Source of the DNA: a virus
Taxonomy: Duplodnaviria; Caudoviricetes
Length of the DNA: 63,588 nt
Virus record (IMG/VR): IMGVR_UViG_3300017700_001004
Location: 1 to 63,588 of that record
Reading direction: 5' to 3' (one strand)
Part shown: piece by piece, positions 55,463-63,588 of the stretch
Numbering within the stretch: the first letter of the stretch is position 1
Layout of the letters: every line of letters starts with the position of its first letter
The notes under the pieces: generated by a model
Databases searched by the model: none
What the model was told of the DNA's origin: nothing
Seen by the model: the letters and a program-made list of their open reading frames with translations, nothing else
Program-made: the position numbers and the translations under genes

Positions 55463-58239
55463 CGGAAGCTCAGCCCTCCATTCCGCATCTCGTTCTTGAT
55501 CCACTTGCGCAGGGTGCGACCGTCCTCCTTGAGGAGGGTCTCCATGCTAGCACCCATGTTGCTGTGGCTGGGCTGATAGTTGAAGTTGACGTCGCCGCTC
55601 TTCTTGCTGTTGTCGACGAGCGAGCCTCGCGTCGCCGCGCCTGCCTCCGCCGCCATGCCCGCCGCCGCGCCCATCGGGCCGGGCGACCAGCCCCCGGCGA
55701 GGGACTTGCGGAGAGGGTTGGCGAACTTGGCCGGAAGGACCATCTCGTTCTTGTGCAGCTCGGTCATGGCCCCGTCGTACGGAACCTTGTCCCAGCCGCC
55801 CTCGGCCGAGAAGACGCTCTTGCCGAGCGCGATGACGCCCGCGAAGGCGGCAGCTGCCATGGCCGGGGCCAGGAACGGGCCGACGACCGGGATCGCCGCG
55901 ATGGCGGCATATGCACCGGCTGCGGCATTCGCGGCCTTGGCCCCGATCTCCGTCAGCACCGACCCGATGGTGATGCTCTTCGTGGCAGCCGCTGCAGTCG
56001 TCTCGAGGCCGACACGCGTCGCCGCCCCGGTAGCGGTCGCCGCCGTCTTGACCGCCTCTCCAGCGACCACCAGACCGGTCTCTGCGGTCGTCGTCGCCGC
56101 CGTGATTGCCTTCTTGGCGAGCAGGCTCGCTGCCCAGTCGCCCACCATCTCGATGCCCTTCTGGGCCCAGTGCATGATGATGCTGTCCGCGACCTGGAGC
56201 ATCGCCTGCTTGAAGGTGGTCTGCCGATTGTAGAGCTGCTGGAATGCGCTCGACAGGGCGCTCGTGATCGGCTGGGTGACGCTCTTCCATGCGTTGACCG
56301 AGGCAGTCGCTGCGTCGCGAGCGTTCTGGGCCATCTGCTGGTTGTGCCGCGCACCGAGCGCCGCCATCTGCTGGTTGTGCTGCGCCTCGAGAACTGCGAT
56401 GTCGTTGAGGACACGCTGGCGCTCCTGCGGGCGGAGGTTCTGCAGGGCGAGCTCGCTCTGGAGCTCTCCGAGACGGAGCTGGTAGATCCTCCGCGAGAGC
56501 TCAACCTCGAGCTGGTACTCCTCCTCGTCCACTGCGGCGAGGGCAGCCAGCTTCTCCTGGTCGGAGAGCCTGCCGAGGCTGGCCTCGAACTCGATCCGCT
56601 GGCGCTTCTCCGCGAGGCGTGTCTCGCCGAGCTGGCGCTCCGTGTCGGCGGAGATCTGGTCGAGCTGCAGCTGGTGCTGGAGACGCTGCCTCTCCATCTG
56701 CACCACGACCTGATTGTGGTCGCGCTGCATCTTCTCCCTGTCGCGGAGGGCCTTGACATACTCCCGGCTGCCCTCGCCGTATGCCTGCCTGATGAGCTCG
56801 ATCTTCTGGTCCTCGAGGCGCATCTGCTCCTCGAAGTCGTCGCGGGCCATGTCCTTCCGGAACTCGAGCTCCTCGAGCGCGGCCTGCAGGCGCTCGCGCG
56901 CGGCAGCCTTGGCCTCGGCTCCGCCCCTGCTACTCCTGCTCGACCCACCTCCCGGACCGAAGCCCTCGATGTCGAAGTCCCCCGACCCCGTCGGACGGGA
57001 GCGGGGGGAGCTCGGCGCGGCGGTTCCCCAGAGCCTCTTCTGGCGGTTCCACCAGTCGGTGCCGGCATTGCCCATGGCGTTGTAGTAGCCAATGGTCGAC
57101 CGCGCGGTGCTGGCCATGTTGCCCTGGAAGCGATCCCACATCCCGCTCCAGTTGCCGGAGAGGGCGTCGCCCATGGCGGACCCGACCGCCCGAAGCAGTC
57201 CGATGATGGGGTTGAGCGCCGCCATTGCCGCATAGTACATCTGCGAGAACGCAACGATGACTGTGTCGATGACAGATACGATGGCCCTCAGCCCGACGCC
57301 CACGAGGTCGAGGGCCTGACGGGCAATACCGCCCGAGCGGTAGCTGTCGATGAAGGCCCGGATCATGTTGTTGAGGCCCTCGACGACGACCTCGATCACG
57401 GGCGCGAGAGCCTCGAACATGGTGTTGCGGATGCCCTGCATGCCGAGGTTCATCTCGTCCATCGCGTCGTCAACGCGGAGGCCCGCTGCCACGAGGTCGT
57501 CCGAGAGGACGGCTCCGTAGCTCTCGGCGAGGTCCATCTGCTCCTTCAGGGCGTCGCGGCCCTGATTGAGGATCGGGATCAGCTCGGCCCCGGCCCGGCC
57601 CATGGTGGCCATGGCGAGCGTGACCTTCTTCGGGCCGTCCTCCATCTTGGAGAACTTGTCGGCCATCTGGAGCATGAGCTCGTTCTGGGTCGTCGTCTCG
57701 CTGATCGTGATGCCCAGCTCGGCGAAGGCTGCCGTCTGCTGCTTGCCTCCGTTGGCCGCCATCACCTGAGCGCGGGCCAGACGGGTCATCGCCGAGGACC
57801 ACTGCTCCGTGGTCATTCCGGCCATGCCCGCGACGGCGCTCCACTGGCTGACCTCGGAGGTCGCCATGCCCAGCTTGCTGGCAATCTGGTCAGTCTTCTC
57901 GGCGATGTCGCCCATCTTGGCGCCGAAGGCCAGGAGGGGACCGGCGACCGCAGCGCCGATGGCCACGACCGCCACGGTCACGAGGCCGAGGGCTGCCGCC
58001 GCAGTGCCAGCGGCAGTGGTCACACCGCCGAGGCCGGACGTCAGGCCACCGATCGCACTCCGCGCGGCACCGAGGTCCGGGAGGTTGAAGGACGAGGAGA
58101 TCTGGTCCTTGAGACCGCCGAGTGTTCCCTGCAGGCCCTGGACCGCCGGGCGGAGAGACGTGATGTCAGCCTTGGCGCGACGAGTGGCCGCGTCGAGACC
58201 CCGTGTGTCACCCCCAAACCTGACATTCACATCACTCAC
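55459..58239 (-). CDS. Tape measure protein
   Basis: 926 aa, Ala-rich and helical; GRAGAELIP.LNQG; C-terminal SAEGG..LHKNEMVLP. Confidence 0.9.
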   Translation of the reverse strand: MSDVNVRFGGDTRGLDAATRRAKADITSLRPAVQGLQGTLGGLKDQISSSFNLPDLGAARSAIGGLTSGLGGVTTAAGTAAAALGLVTVAVVAIGAAVAGPLLAFGAKMGDIAEKTDQIASKLGMATSEVSQWSAVAGMAGMTTEQWSSAMTRLARAQVMAANGGKQQTAAFAELGITISETTTQNELMLQMADKFSKMEDGPKKVTLAMATMGRAGAELIPILNQGRDALKEQMDLAESYGAVLSDDLVAAGLRVDDAMDEMNLGMQGIRNTMFEALAPVIEVVVEGLNNMIRAFIDSYRSGGIARQALDLVGVGLRAIVSVIDTVIVAFSQMYYAAMAALNPIIGLLRAVGSAMGDALSGNWSGMWDRFQGNMASTARSTIGYYNAMGNAGTDWWNRQKRLWGTAAPSSPRSRPTGSGDFDIEGFGPGGGSSRSSRGGAEAKAAARERLQAALEELEFRKDMARDDFEEQMRLEDQKIELIRQAYGEGSREYVKALRDREKMQRDHNQVVVQMERQRLQHQLQLDQISADTERQLGETRLAEKRQRIEFEASLGRLSDQEKLAALAAVDEEEYQLEVELSRRIYQLRLGELQSELALQNLRPQERQRVLNDIAVLEAQHNQQMAALGARHNQQMAQNARDAATASVNAWKSVTQPITSALSSAFQQLYNRQTTFKQAMLQVADSIIMHWAQKGIEMVGDWAASLLAKKAITAATTTAETGLVVAGEAVKTAATATGAATRVGLETTAAAATKSITIGSVLTEIGAKAANAAAGAYAAIAAIPVVGPFLAPAMAAAAFAGVIALGKSVFSAEGGWDKVPYDGAMTELHKNEMVLPAKFANPLRKSLAGGWSPGPMGAAAGMAAEAGAATRGSLVDNSKKSGDVNFNYQPSHSNMGASMETLLKEDGRTLRKWIKNEMRNGGLSFR

Positions 58240-58457
58240 TGGATAGTGCCTCCCGGGAACATCCTCAGCAGATCGCCGAGGTCACCTGCATCTGCGCTTT
58301 TCTTGCCGGGTCTCTTCCTGGGCTTCCATCCCATGAAGCCGGCAATCAGGACATCCAGTGGGGGCGCTACCTCCTGCCAGTAGTCCTGCATCGCGTAGTA
58401 GCGCGAGAGGGTCCAGTTCTCCAGGATGTCATCCCAAGTTCCGCACCCCCGCGCCAC
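58236..58457 (-). CDS. Tail assembly chaperone, C-terminal (T-like) frame
   Basis: In the -1 frame relative to 58469..58849; directly before the tape measure gene. Confidence 0.65.
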   Translation of the reverse strand: MARGCGTWDDILENWTLSRYYAMQDYWQEVAPPLDVLIAGFMGWKPRKRPGKKSADAGDLGDLLRMFPGGTIQ

Positions 58458-58468
58458 CAGCTCGGCGA

Positions 58469-58849
58469 TCAGTCTGTCGTAGTCTCCGTCGAAGGGCTCG
58501 CCGCCGCGCCCTCCTCCGGCTCGGCTTCCCCCACGCCGGTCGCCGTCCTCTGCATGAAGCCGGACTCGACCATGATGTCAACGATGGTGACGTCGAGCGC
58601 CTTGCACTCGTTCGCCGTGATGCGCTCCTCGATGCCTTCGGGGGTCAGCTCGGGATGGTCCGCCACGAGACCGGCGGAGATGATCGCGATGGCGTTCTCC
58701 ATCGACTCAATCGGGTCCGGATCGCGGCCCTCCTGGACGCCCTGAGCGAGCTCCTGGTTCTTCTTGATGTAGGGCCACGCAGCCTTGAGAGACTTGAACT
58801 TCAGCTCTCCGATCTGGTACTCCTGGCCTCCGATGATGACCTTTGCCAT
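58469..58849 (-). CDS. Tail assembly chaperone (G-like)
   Basis: Lies between major tail and tape measure genes. Confidence 0.7.
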   Translation of the reverse strand: MAKVIIGGQEYQIGELKFKSLKAAWPYIKKNQELAQGVQEGRDPDPIESMENAIAIISAGLVADHPELTPEGIEERITANECKALDVTIVDIMVESGFMQRTATGVGEAEPEEGAAASPSTETTTD

Positions 58850-58919
58850 GACTTGTGTTCCTCCAATGGCGGTTGGGATGTGGACCCGGCCCCGCCTAGA
58901 CGGAGCCGGGGTTGGTGGG

Positions 58920-59654
58920 TCAGCCGGTGATCGTGATGAACCCGATGTTGCCTGCGTCGTTTGCCTGAGCCTGGAAGTCGATCTCCGGGATCTGGTAGTC
59001 GTCCTGCTTCAGGGGCATGGACAGCTTCTCGGAGACGCAGGAGTACAGAACGAGCGTCAGGAACTTGCTGTTGTACTCCTGGGAGAGCACGATCTGGAAC
59101 TTGGGCGTGTTGCCCATCAGCAGGTTCTCGATCTCGATCGTCTTGCCGGCAGCCGCGTCCGTGTAGAGATAGTTGAAGAACATCGCCACACCGGCCTGAG
59201 CCGCGTTGAACGTGTACACGCCAGCACCACTGACGCTGTACTCGCCGGACGCCGGGGCCGAGGCCACCTGCGTCAGCGGCACACCCGTTGACTGGATGTA
59301 GACGCCGAGGTCCATGTAGAAGGTGGCGCCATTCGTGACGGTGACCGTGTACGTGGACATCGCCGGAACGGTGCCGGTCTCGTTGAAGACCTGCTTCTTC
59401 TGGCCGGTCGAGAGCGTCTGGCCGAAGAAGATGTTGTTGAATGCGGTGGCATTGATCTCGCCAGTGCCCGCCTTCCCCTCGATCTTCGTCTTGCCGCGCG
59501 CAACATCGAGCGGAAACTGGTACTGACCGAACAGCTGCTTGATGTCGGACGAGAAGTCGACCGAGACATCCTGCAGTGCACCAACGCGAAGCGGGGCACC
59601 ACCGCCAACGGGCATCGTGAAGAGCTGCCCCGTGCCAAACGAATACTGAGCCAT
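58920..59654 (-). CDS. Major tail (tube) protein
   Basis: FG.G..G.LQDVSVDF..K.LFGQ.QFP..VARGK; followed by a hairpin at 58884-58912. Confidence 0.82.
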   Translation of the reverse strand: MAQYSFGTGQLFTMPVGGGAPLRVGALQDVSVDFSSDIKQLFGQYQFPLDVARGKTKIEGKAGTGEINATAFNNIFFGQTLSTGQKKQVFNETGTVPAMSTYTVTVTNGATFYMDLGVYIQSTGVPLTQVASAPASGEYSVSGAGVYTFNAAQAGVAMFFNYLYTDAAAGKTIEIENLLMGNTPKFQIVLSQEYNSKFLTLVLYSCVSEKLSMPLKQDDYQIPEIDFQAQANDAGNIGFITITG

Positions 59655-59655
59655 G

Positions 59656-59973
59656 TTAGAAGACCTCCTTCAGGATCTTGGCCGTCAGGTCCGGAGCTGC
59701 CCGATCGCGCAGGTAGTTCAGGGCCGGAGTGGCACGGGAGATGGGAGTGCCGAAGCAGTGCTCTGCGAGCCACTTCTGCACACCCACAGAGATGGCCTCC
59801 GCCAGCTGCTCAGGGCTGACGGTGACCGGGTCGACCGGCACGGGGCCGGGCGTCGGGGCGTCCGAGGCGCTGGAGAGGTCTCCAGGCGTCTCGACAACGG
59901 GGTCGGAGGCGGCGGTAGCGGCGGTGGTCTCCGCCGCTCCAGCGTCCTCCACAGGGGTCTTGGTCTTGCTCAT
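59656..59973 (-). CDS. Hypothetical protein
   Basis: AGGAGG RBS. Confidence 0.55.
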   Translation of the reverse strand: MSKTKTPVEDAGAAETTAATAASDPVVETPGDLSSASDAPTPGPVPVDPVTVSPEQLAEAISVGVQKWLAEHCFGTPISRATPALNYLRDRAAPDLTAKILKEVF

Positions 59974-59981
59974 GCTGCCTC

Positions 59982-60437
59982 CTATGGTACGAGAATGCGG
60001 ATTGGTACTGTCATGACGCCCTGTCCGTCCAGATCGCCACCATCCTGAAAGCTCTGACCGCCAATGAAGGCGTGGTACACCAGACCCCCGAGAGTGTTCC
60101 GATTGTCGTACGGAATGCCTGCCTCGGGACGCGGCTCCATCGCCGCCTGCAGGGCGTCCAGAATTGTGTTGTTCAGGCGGCTGCCCTGAACGGTCTTGTC
60201 GGCGGCTGCGTTCTGGTAGATGACCCATGTCGCCTGCAGCTCGACCTTGTACGGCATGCCCGAGACCTGCTGGAAGTCGTTGTCGTGGGCGACCTGATAG
60301 AAGGCTGGCTGGGCCGGGCACTCGGTCCAGATGTCGAGACGCTGGGAGGTGTACTGCCATGTCTCCGAGGGGGTGCCCCAGCTGATGCCGGCACCGATCT
60401 CGAAGAGGGCGTCGTAGATTGCGTTGCGGTCCATCAT
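59982..60437 (-). CDS. Tail terminator/completion protein
   Basis: R.AIY.ALF..QPA..TLGGLV; position in operon. Confidence 0.7.
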   Translation of the reverse strand: MMDRNAIYDALFEIGAGISWGTPSETWQYTSQRLDIWTECPAQPAFYQVAHDNDFQQVSGMPYKVELQATWVIYQNAAADKTVQGSRLNNTILDALQAAMEPRPEAGIPYDNRNTLGGLVYHAFIGGQSFQDGGDLDGQGVMTVPIRILVP

Positions 60438-60937
60438 GCCCTCCCGCTCTGGGCGCGGAGGAGACCCTGGATGACGGCCTCCTTCATCTCGCGCTGGATG
60501 GTCTGGGTCATCTCGCGCAGGCTCGAGCGCATGAACGAGCGCTCGGGCATCACCGAGCCGGGATGGTGGACGACCTTGGCGAAGACGCGGCGTCCGCCCA
60601 TCATGAACGAGAGGGCATCGGCCTTCCTCGGATAGATGTCGTGCGCGCGGGTCTTGCCGCCGAGCTCATGGATGCGGGCATACTTGACGTCGCCCGACGA
60701 GAAGACCTCGCCGATGACGGAGGTGGCGTCCTCGTGGATCTGGTCCTGGATCGAGCGGCGGAGAGCGCCGGTCACGACGTTCAGCACCTGACCCGACAGC
60801 TTGTCCCGCTGGATCTTGGTCTTCAGGCGGAGAGCGAGGGAGCGGATCTTCTGGCGCAGCATCACGCGGACGCTCGGCGGCATCCGATCCATCTCGGCAA
60901 TGACCTGAGTGTCTCCGACGAGGACGATGTTCAGCAT
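60434..60937 (-). CDS. HK97 gp10-like neck/tail completion protein
   Basis: TGALRRSI, KYA.IHE.GG, HPG..P.RSFMR. Confidence 0.8.
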   Translation of the reverse strand: MLNIVLVGDTQVIAEMDRMPPSVRVMLRQKIRSLALRLKTKIQRDKLSGQVLNVVTGALRRSIQDQIHEDATSVIGEVFSSGDVKYARIHELGGKTRAHDIYPRKADALSFMMGGRRVFAKVVHHPGSVMPERSFMRSSLREMTQTIQREMKEAVIQGLLRAQSGRA

Positions 60938-61731
60938 CAGATGACCCTCCGGTAGGAGAAGACGACGCTGCGGATGTTCTCGCTCATGTCGCGGATCAGG
61001 AAGCTCACCGTCTCGCCGTTCGGCAGGGACTTGGAGTTGAGGCCGATGCGATCGCGCTGCTTGTAGCGCTCGCCGACCAGCTCAATGACGGCCTGCTCGA
61101 GGTCGTACGGAACCGACGAGTAGGAGATGGCGACGGTCGCCTCCGCCTGTGCGTCGTTGAAGGTGTACACGCCCGAGTCGGACACGGAGTACTCCCCCGC
61201 CCCCGGCGTCGCATCGACCCGCGTCATCGCCACGCCACCGAGGGTGACGCCGAGGTCGGAGAGCCAGCACGCATTGGTCGTGACGGTCAGGGGAGCTGCT
61301 GGTGTCGGGATCTCCGGCACCACGTGGGGCTCGCCCATCGTGGCGTAGCCTGCCCGATACTGGACCCTCACGGTCGAGCGCCCGCGCGGGAAGGTGTAGT
61401 TGGTCACCATCAGCCGGGTCGGAGGATCGAGACGCCATCCGTTGAGCGGGGGGACGCCGGTGGCCTCGTCCGTGATCTGGATGGAGGCGAACTGCACCAG
61501 CGAGACGTCGATGACGGGCCACTCGCGGAGGTTCAGGAAGTTCTGTCCTCCGCTGTCATACCACTCGTCGTAGTCCGTCACGACGATCTCGCGGCTGATG
61601 ATGTTGAGCACGAAGGCGCTCGCCGCTGAGATGAGGCGCGAGAGCAGGGCGTCGTTCGTGTCCGCAAGAGTGCCAGAGCCGGGCGCGAGCCAAGCCTTGA
61701 CGTTTGCGAGAGTGGTCAGATCGCCCTGCAT
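60937..61731 (-). CDS. Head-tail connector (gp6-like) with an inserted domain
   Basis: LTTLANVKAWL..D.LL..LI.AAS; P.DLEQA..ELV. Confidence 0.8.
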   Translation of the reverse strand: MQGDLTTLANVKAWLAPGSGTLADTNDALLSRLISAASAFVLNIISREIVVTDYDEWYDSGGQNFLNLREWPVIDVSLVQFASIQITDEATGVPPLNGWRLDPPTRLMVTNYTFPRGRSTVRVQYRAGYATMGEPHVVPEIPTPAAPLTVTTNACWLSDLGVTLGGVAMTRVDATPGAGEYSVSDSGVYTFNDAQAEATVAISYSSVPYDLEQAVIELVGERYKQRDRIGLNSKSLPNGETVSFLIRDMSENIRSVVFSYRRVI

Positions 61732-61736
61732 CTCAG

Positions 61737-62429
61737 TTACTCGCCCCGTGCCGCAGCAATGAGTGCGTCGGCGCGAGCCTCGGCCTCAGTGATGAGGTCG
61801 TCCTTGGCCGCATTCGGCGCCAGCTCGGTGCCGCCATTGGCGACCAGCCATGCGTGGATGCCGCCCCGGTTCATCTTGTTGAAGGTCGGGTTGCCGATGT
61901 CGTCCTTGGGGACGTCTGCGAGCGCGGGGATCTCCGCCGCCGGGGCCTCCTGGCCCTCGCCGCCGGTCTCATCGCCGCTCTCCTCGCCTTCAGTGCCCTG
62001 CTCACCATCGGTCTGCTCGCCCTCGGCCTGATCGTTGACATCCGGGTTGGGCTCCTGCTCGCCCTCGCCCTCGGCAGGCTCCTCCGGCTCGAGCACGGTC
62101 TCTCCGACGATGGTGCCCTCCTCGGCCTCGATCTGCTCAGGGGTCTTGGGCAGCTGTCCCTCGATGACGTCGAGCAGGCCCTCGGCGGTGTGCACCGTCG
62201 AGATGTTGATGCCCGACTGGACCATTCCGTGAATGACGCGCGGGAAGCGGGCCTGCAGCTCGGCGCAGACACCAGTGGTCTGCTCCTCGGTCAGGAAGCC
62301 CATCCCGCAGAGGGTCTCGACGTGACCGCCGTTGTCGATGTCGAAGAGACCGTCCTCTCCGACGTCGTAGTCAATCCCGTCGACCTGTACATGTGTGGCC
62401 CCATCGGGACCCTTCAGCTTGGTGCTCAT
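61737..62429 (-). CDS. Post-capsid protein, possible DNA-packaging chaperone (FI-like architecture)
   Basis: N-terminal domain similar to the TerL C-terminal tail; acidic linker; C-terminal HeH-like helices. Confidence 0.55.
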   Translation of the reverse strand: MSTKLKGPDGATHVQVDGIDYDVGEDGLFDIDNGGHVETLCGMGFLTEEQTTGVCAELQARFPRVIHGMVQSGINISTVHTAEGLLDVIEGQLPKTPEQIEAEEGTIVGETVLEPEEPAEGEGEQEPNPDVNDQAEGEQTDGEQGTEGEESGDETGGEGQEAPAAEIPALADVPKDDIGNPTFNKMNRGGIHAWLVANGGTELAPNAAKDDLITEAEARADALIAAARGE

Positions 62430-62489
62430 GATGTGTCTCCTTGGCTGGCACTCAGGAGAGGGTCGGGTGCTCCGGCCCTCACCAGAGTG

Positions 62490-62511
62490 GAGGCCCCGTC
62501 GCCGGGGCCTC
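62490..62511 (-). terminator. Hairpin after the capsid gene
   Basis: gaggccccg...cggggcctc. Confidence 0.5.
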
Positions 62512-62523
62512 GCACCTGTTGGA

Positions 62524-63588
62524 TCAGCCCGCGCCGATGCCGGTGATGACGGCCATCGAGAACGGAGCGTAGTGCTGGAGCACCTCGTCCGCATAGATGC
62601 CGTACTCGTACCGGCGGCTGCGCAGCGGCCACTCGATCTGGTAGTAGTCCTGGCGGCAGAGAACCTGCATGATGTTCCCGACGTTGTTCACCGGATAGGG
62701 GAGCGACTTCGAGGTCATGAGGATCGTGCCGGGCGGGCAGTTCGGATGGATCTTGATGTCGATCGCCGCCGCGCCGGTCATGGTGAACCGGTTCAGGTAG
62801 CTGGTCGCCATCACGCCACCAACCATCATGCCCTGCTGCTGGTTGACGTTGATGCGGAATGCACCGTTCGCCGACCCGGCCAGGATCTTCTTGGAGATGT
62901 CCAGCGCCTGCTGGCTGTTGACCCACATGGTGTCCGGGGTGAGCCGGAAGTTGTCCCACATGTACTTCAGCGCAGTGTCGATCTGCACGATGCCAGCGTC
63001 GCCGTCGGCCGTCAGAGTGGCACCGGCCAGATCCGCCCAGTAGGCGTTGCTGGTCGACTGCATGGCCTGCGTGAACAGACCGTCGAACACCAGAGTGTTG
63101 CGCGAGTTGTCAGCAGTGATCGCCGAGGCGTTCTGCGTGCCAGTCGCGGCAGCGGTGATGGTGACAGTGCAGCTGGTCGTGATCGCCGTCAGGAGCTCGG
63201 AGCCAACGGCACCGAAGAACCATGCGTAGGCAACCGCGCCACGGACCGCCGCCACGGTGGCCGCGATCGAGCCGGTCGAGCCGGAGGCGATCGTGGTCGT
63301 GGCCGAGGCCGACTTGTTGGCCGAGCCGCCACCGTAGGTGTCGGACGAGCCGTCAGCGTTGGTCCGCGTGATCGAGGTCGGGATGCCGCCCGCGATCGTT
63401 GCGCCCAGATAGCCCGCGAGGGTCAGGGCGACGCAGATGACCGACCACGTGGTGCCGGTCGCGATCGATCCACCCGTGGTCGAGCTGACCAGCGAGGGGG
63501 TCGGGGTCACGCCGAGCGCGAGGGTGCCGTTGCCGCCGAAGAGCAGGAGCTCCTCCTGCAGCATCAGTGCCTCGAGACCGGTCCGGCC
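62524..63588 (-). CDS. Major capsid protein, C-terminal part
   Basis: LMLQEE..GGN, FDGL, IHPN.PPG, QDYYQ.EWP..R.YEYG.Y.DEVL. Confidence 0.85.
   Translation of the reverse strand, partial: GRTGLEALMLQEELLLFGGNGTLALGVTPTPSLVSSTTGGSIATGTTWSVICVALTLAGYLGATIAGGIPTSITRTNADGSSDTYGGGSANKSASATTTIASGSTGSIAATVAAVRGAVAYAWFFGAVGSELLTAITTSCTVTITAAATGTQNASAITADNSRNTLVFDGLFTQAMQSTSNAYWADLAGATLTADGDAGIVQIDTALKYMWDNFRLTPDTMWVNSQQALDISKKILAGSANGAFRINVNQQQGMMVGGVMATSYLNRFTMTGAAAIDIKIHPNCPPGTILMTSKSLPYPVNNVGNIMQVLCRQDYYQIEWPLRSRRYEYGIYADEVLQHYAPFSMAVITGIGAG

Noticed and set aside
55456-58383. 975-aa + strand ORF
   Set aside because: Shadow of the tape measure gene

Overview
The window is an essentially complete, circularly permuted genome of a high-GC tailed dsDNA phage. 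The unit length is about 63,287 bp; the first and last 301 bp overlap inside the major capsid gene. It is a siphovirus with a GTA-like tail tip, is probably virulent (no integrase, repressor cassette, tRNA or CRISPR array seen), and probably infects an alphaproteobacterium (inference). Layout: (i) head and packaging genes on the - strand (1-7.8 kb, continuing at 45.3-63.6 kb with tail and holin genes); (ii) a + strand early region of many small genes behind TTTACA-17-TAnnnT promoters (8.5-24.7 kb); (iii) a - strand replication and DNA-modification block (24.7-40 kb); (iv) SNF2 helicase, J-domain protein, a candidate structured ncRNA, a second SF1 helicase and spanins (40.4-45.3 kb). Main highlights: a thymine-hypermodification locus (dUMP hydroxymethylase-like, TAGT-type glycosyltransferase, aGPT-Pplase1 helical protein, FkbM methyltransferase, UDG-like and pyrimidine-dimer glycosylase-like genes) with no visible kinase or amino-acid transferase; two homologous inverted CTATTGAA-repeat elements half a genome apart; three early proteins sharing one N-terminal module; three copies of an 'NPKR.GS' domain; and a promoter- and terminator-bounded hairpin-rich intergenic RNA. 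All family assignments come from motif recognition by eye, not database searches.
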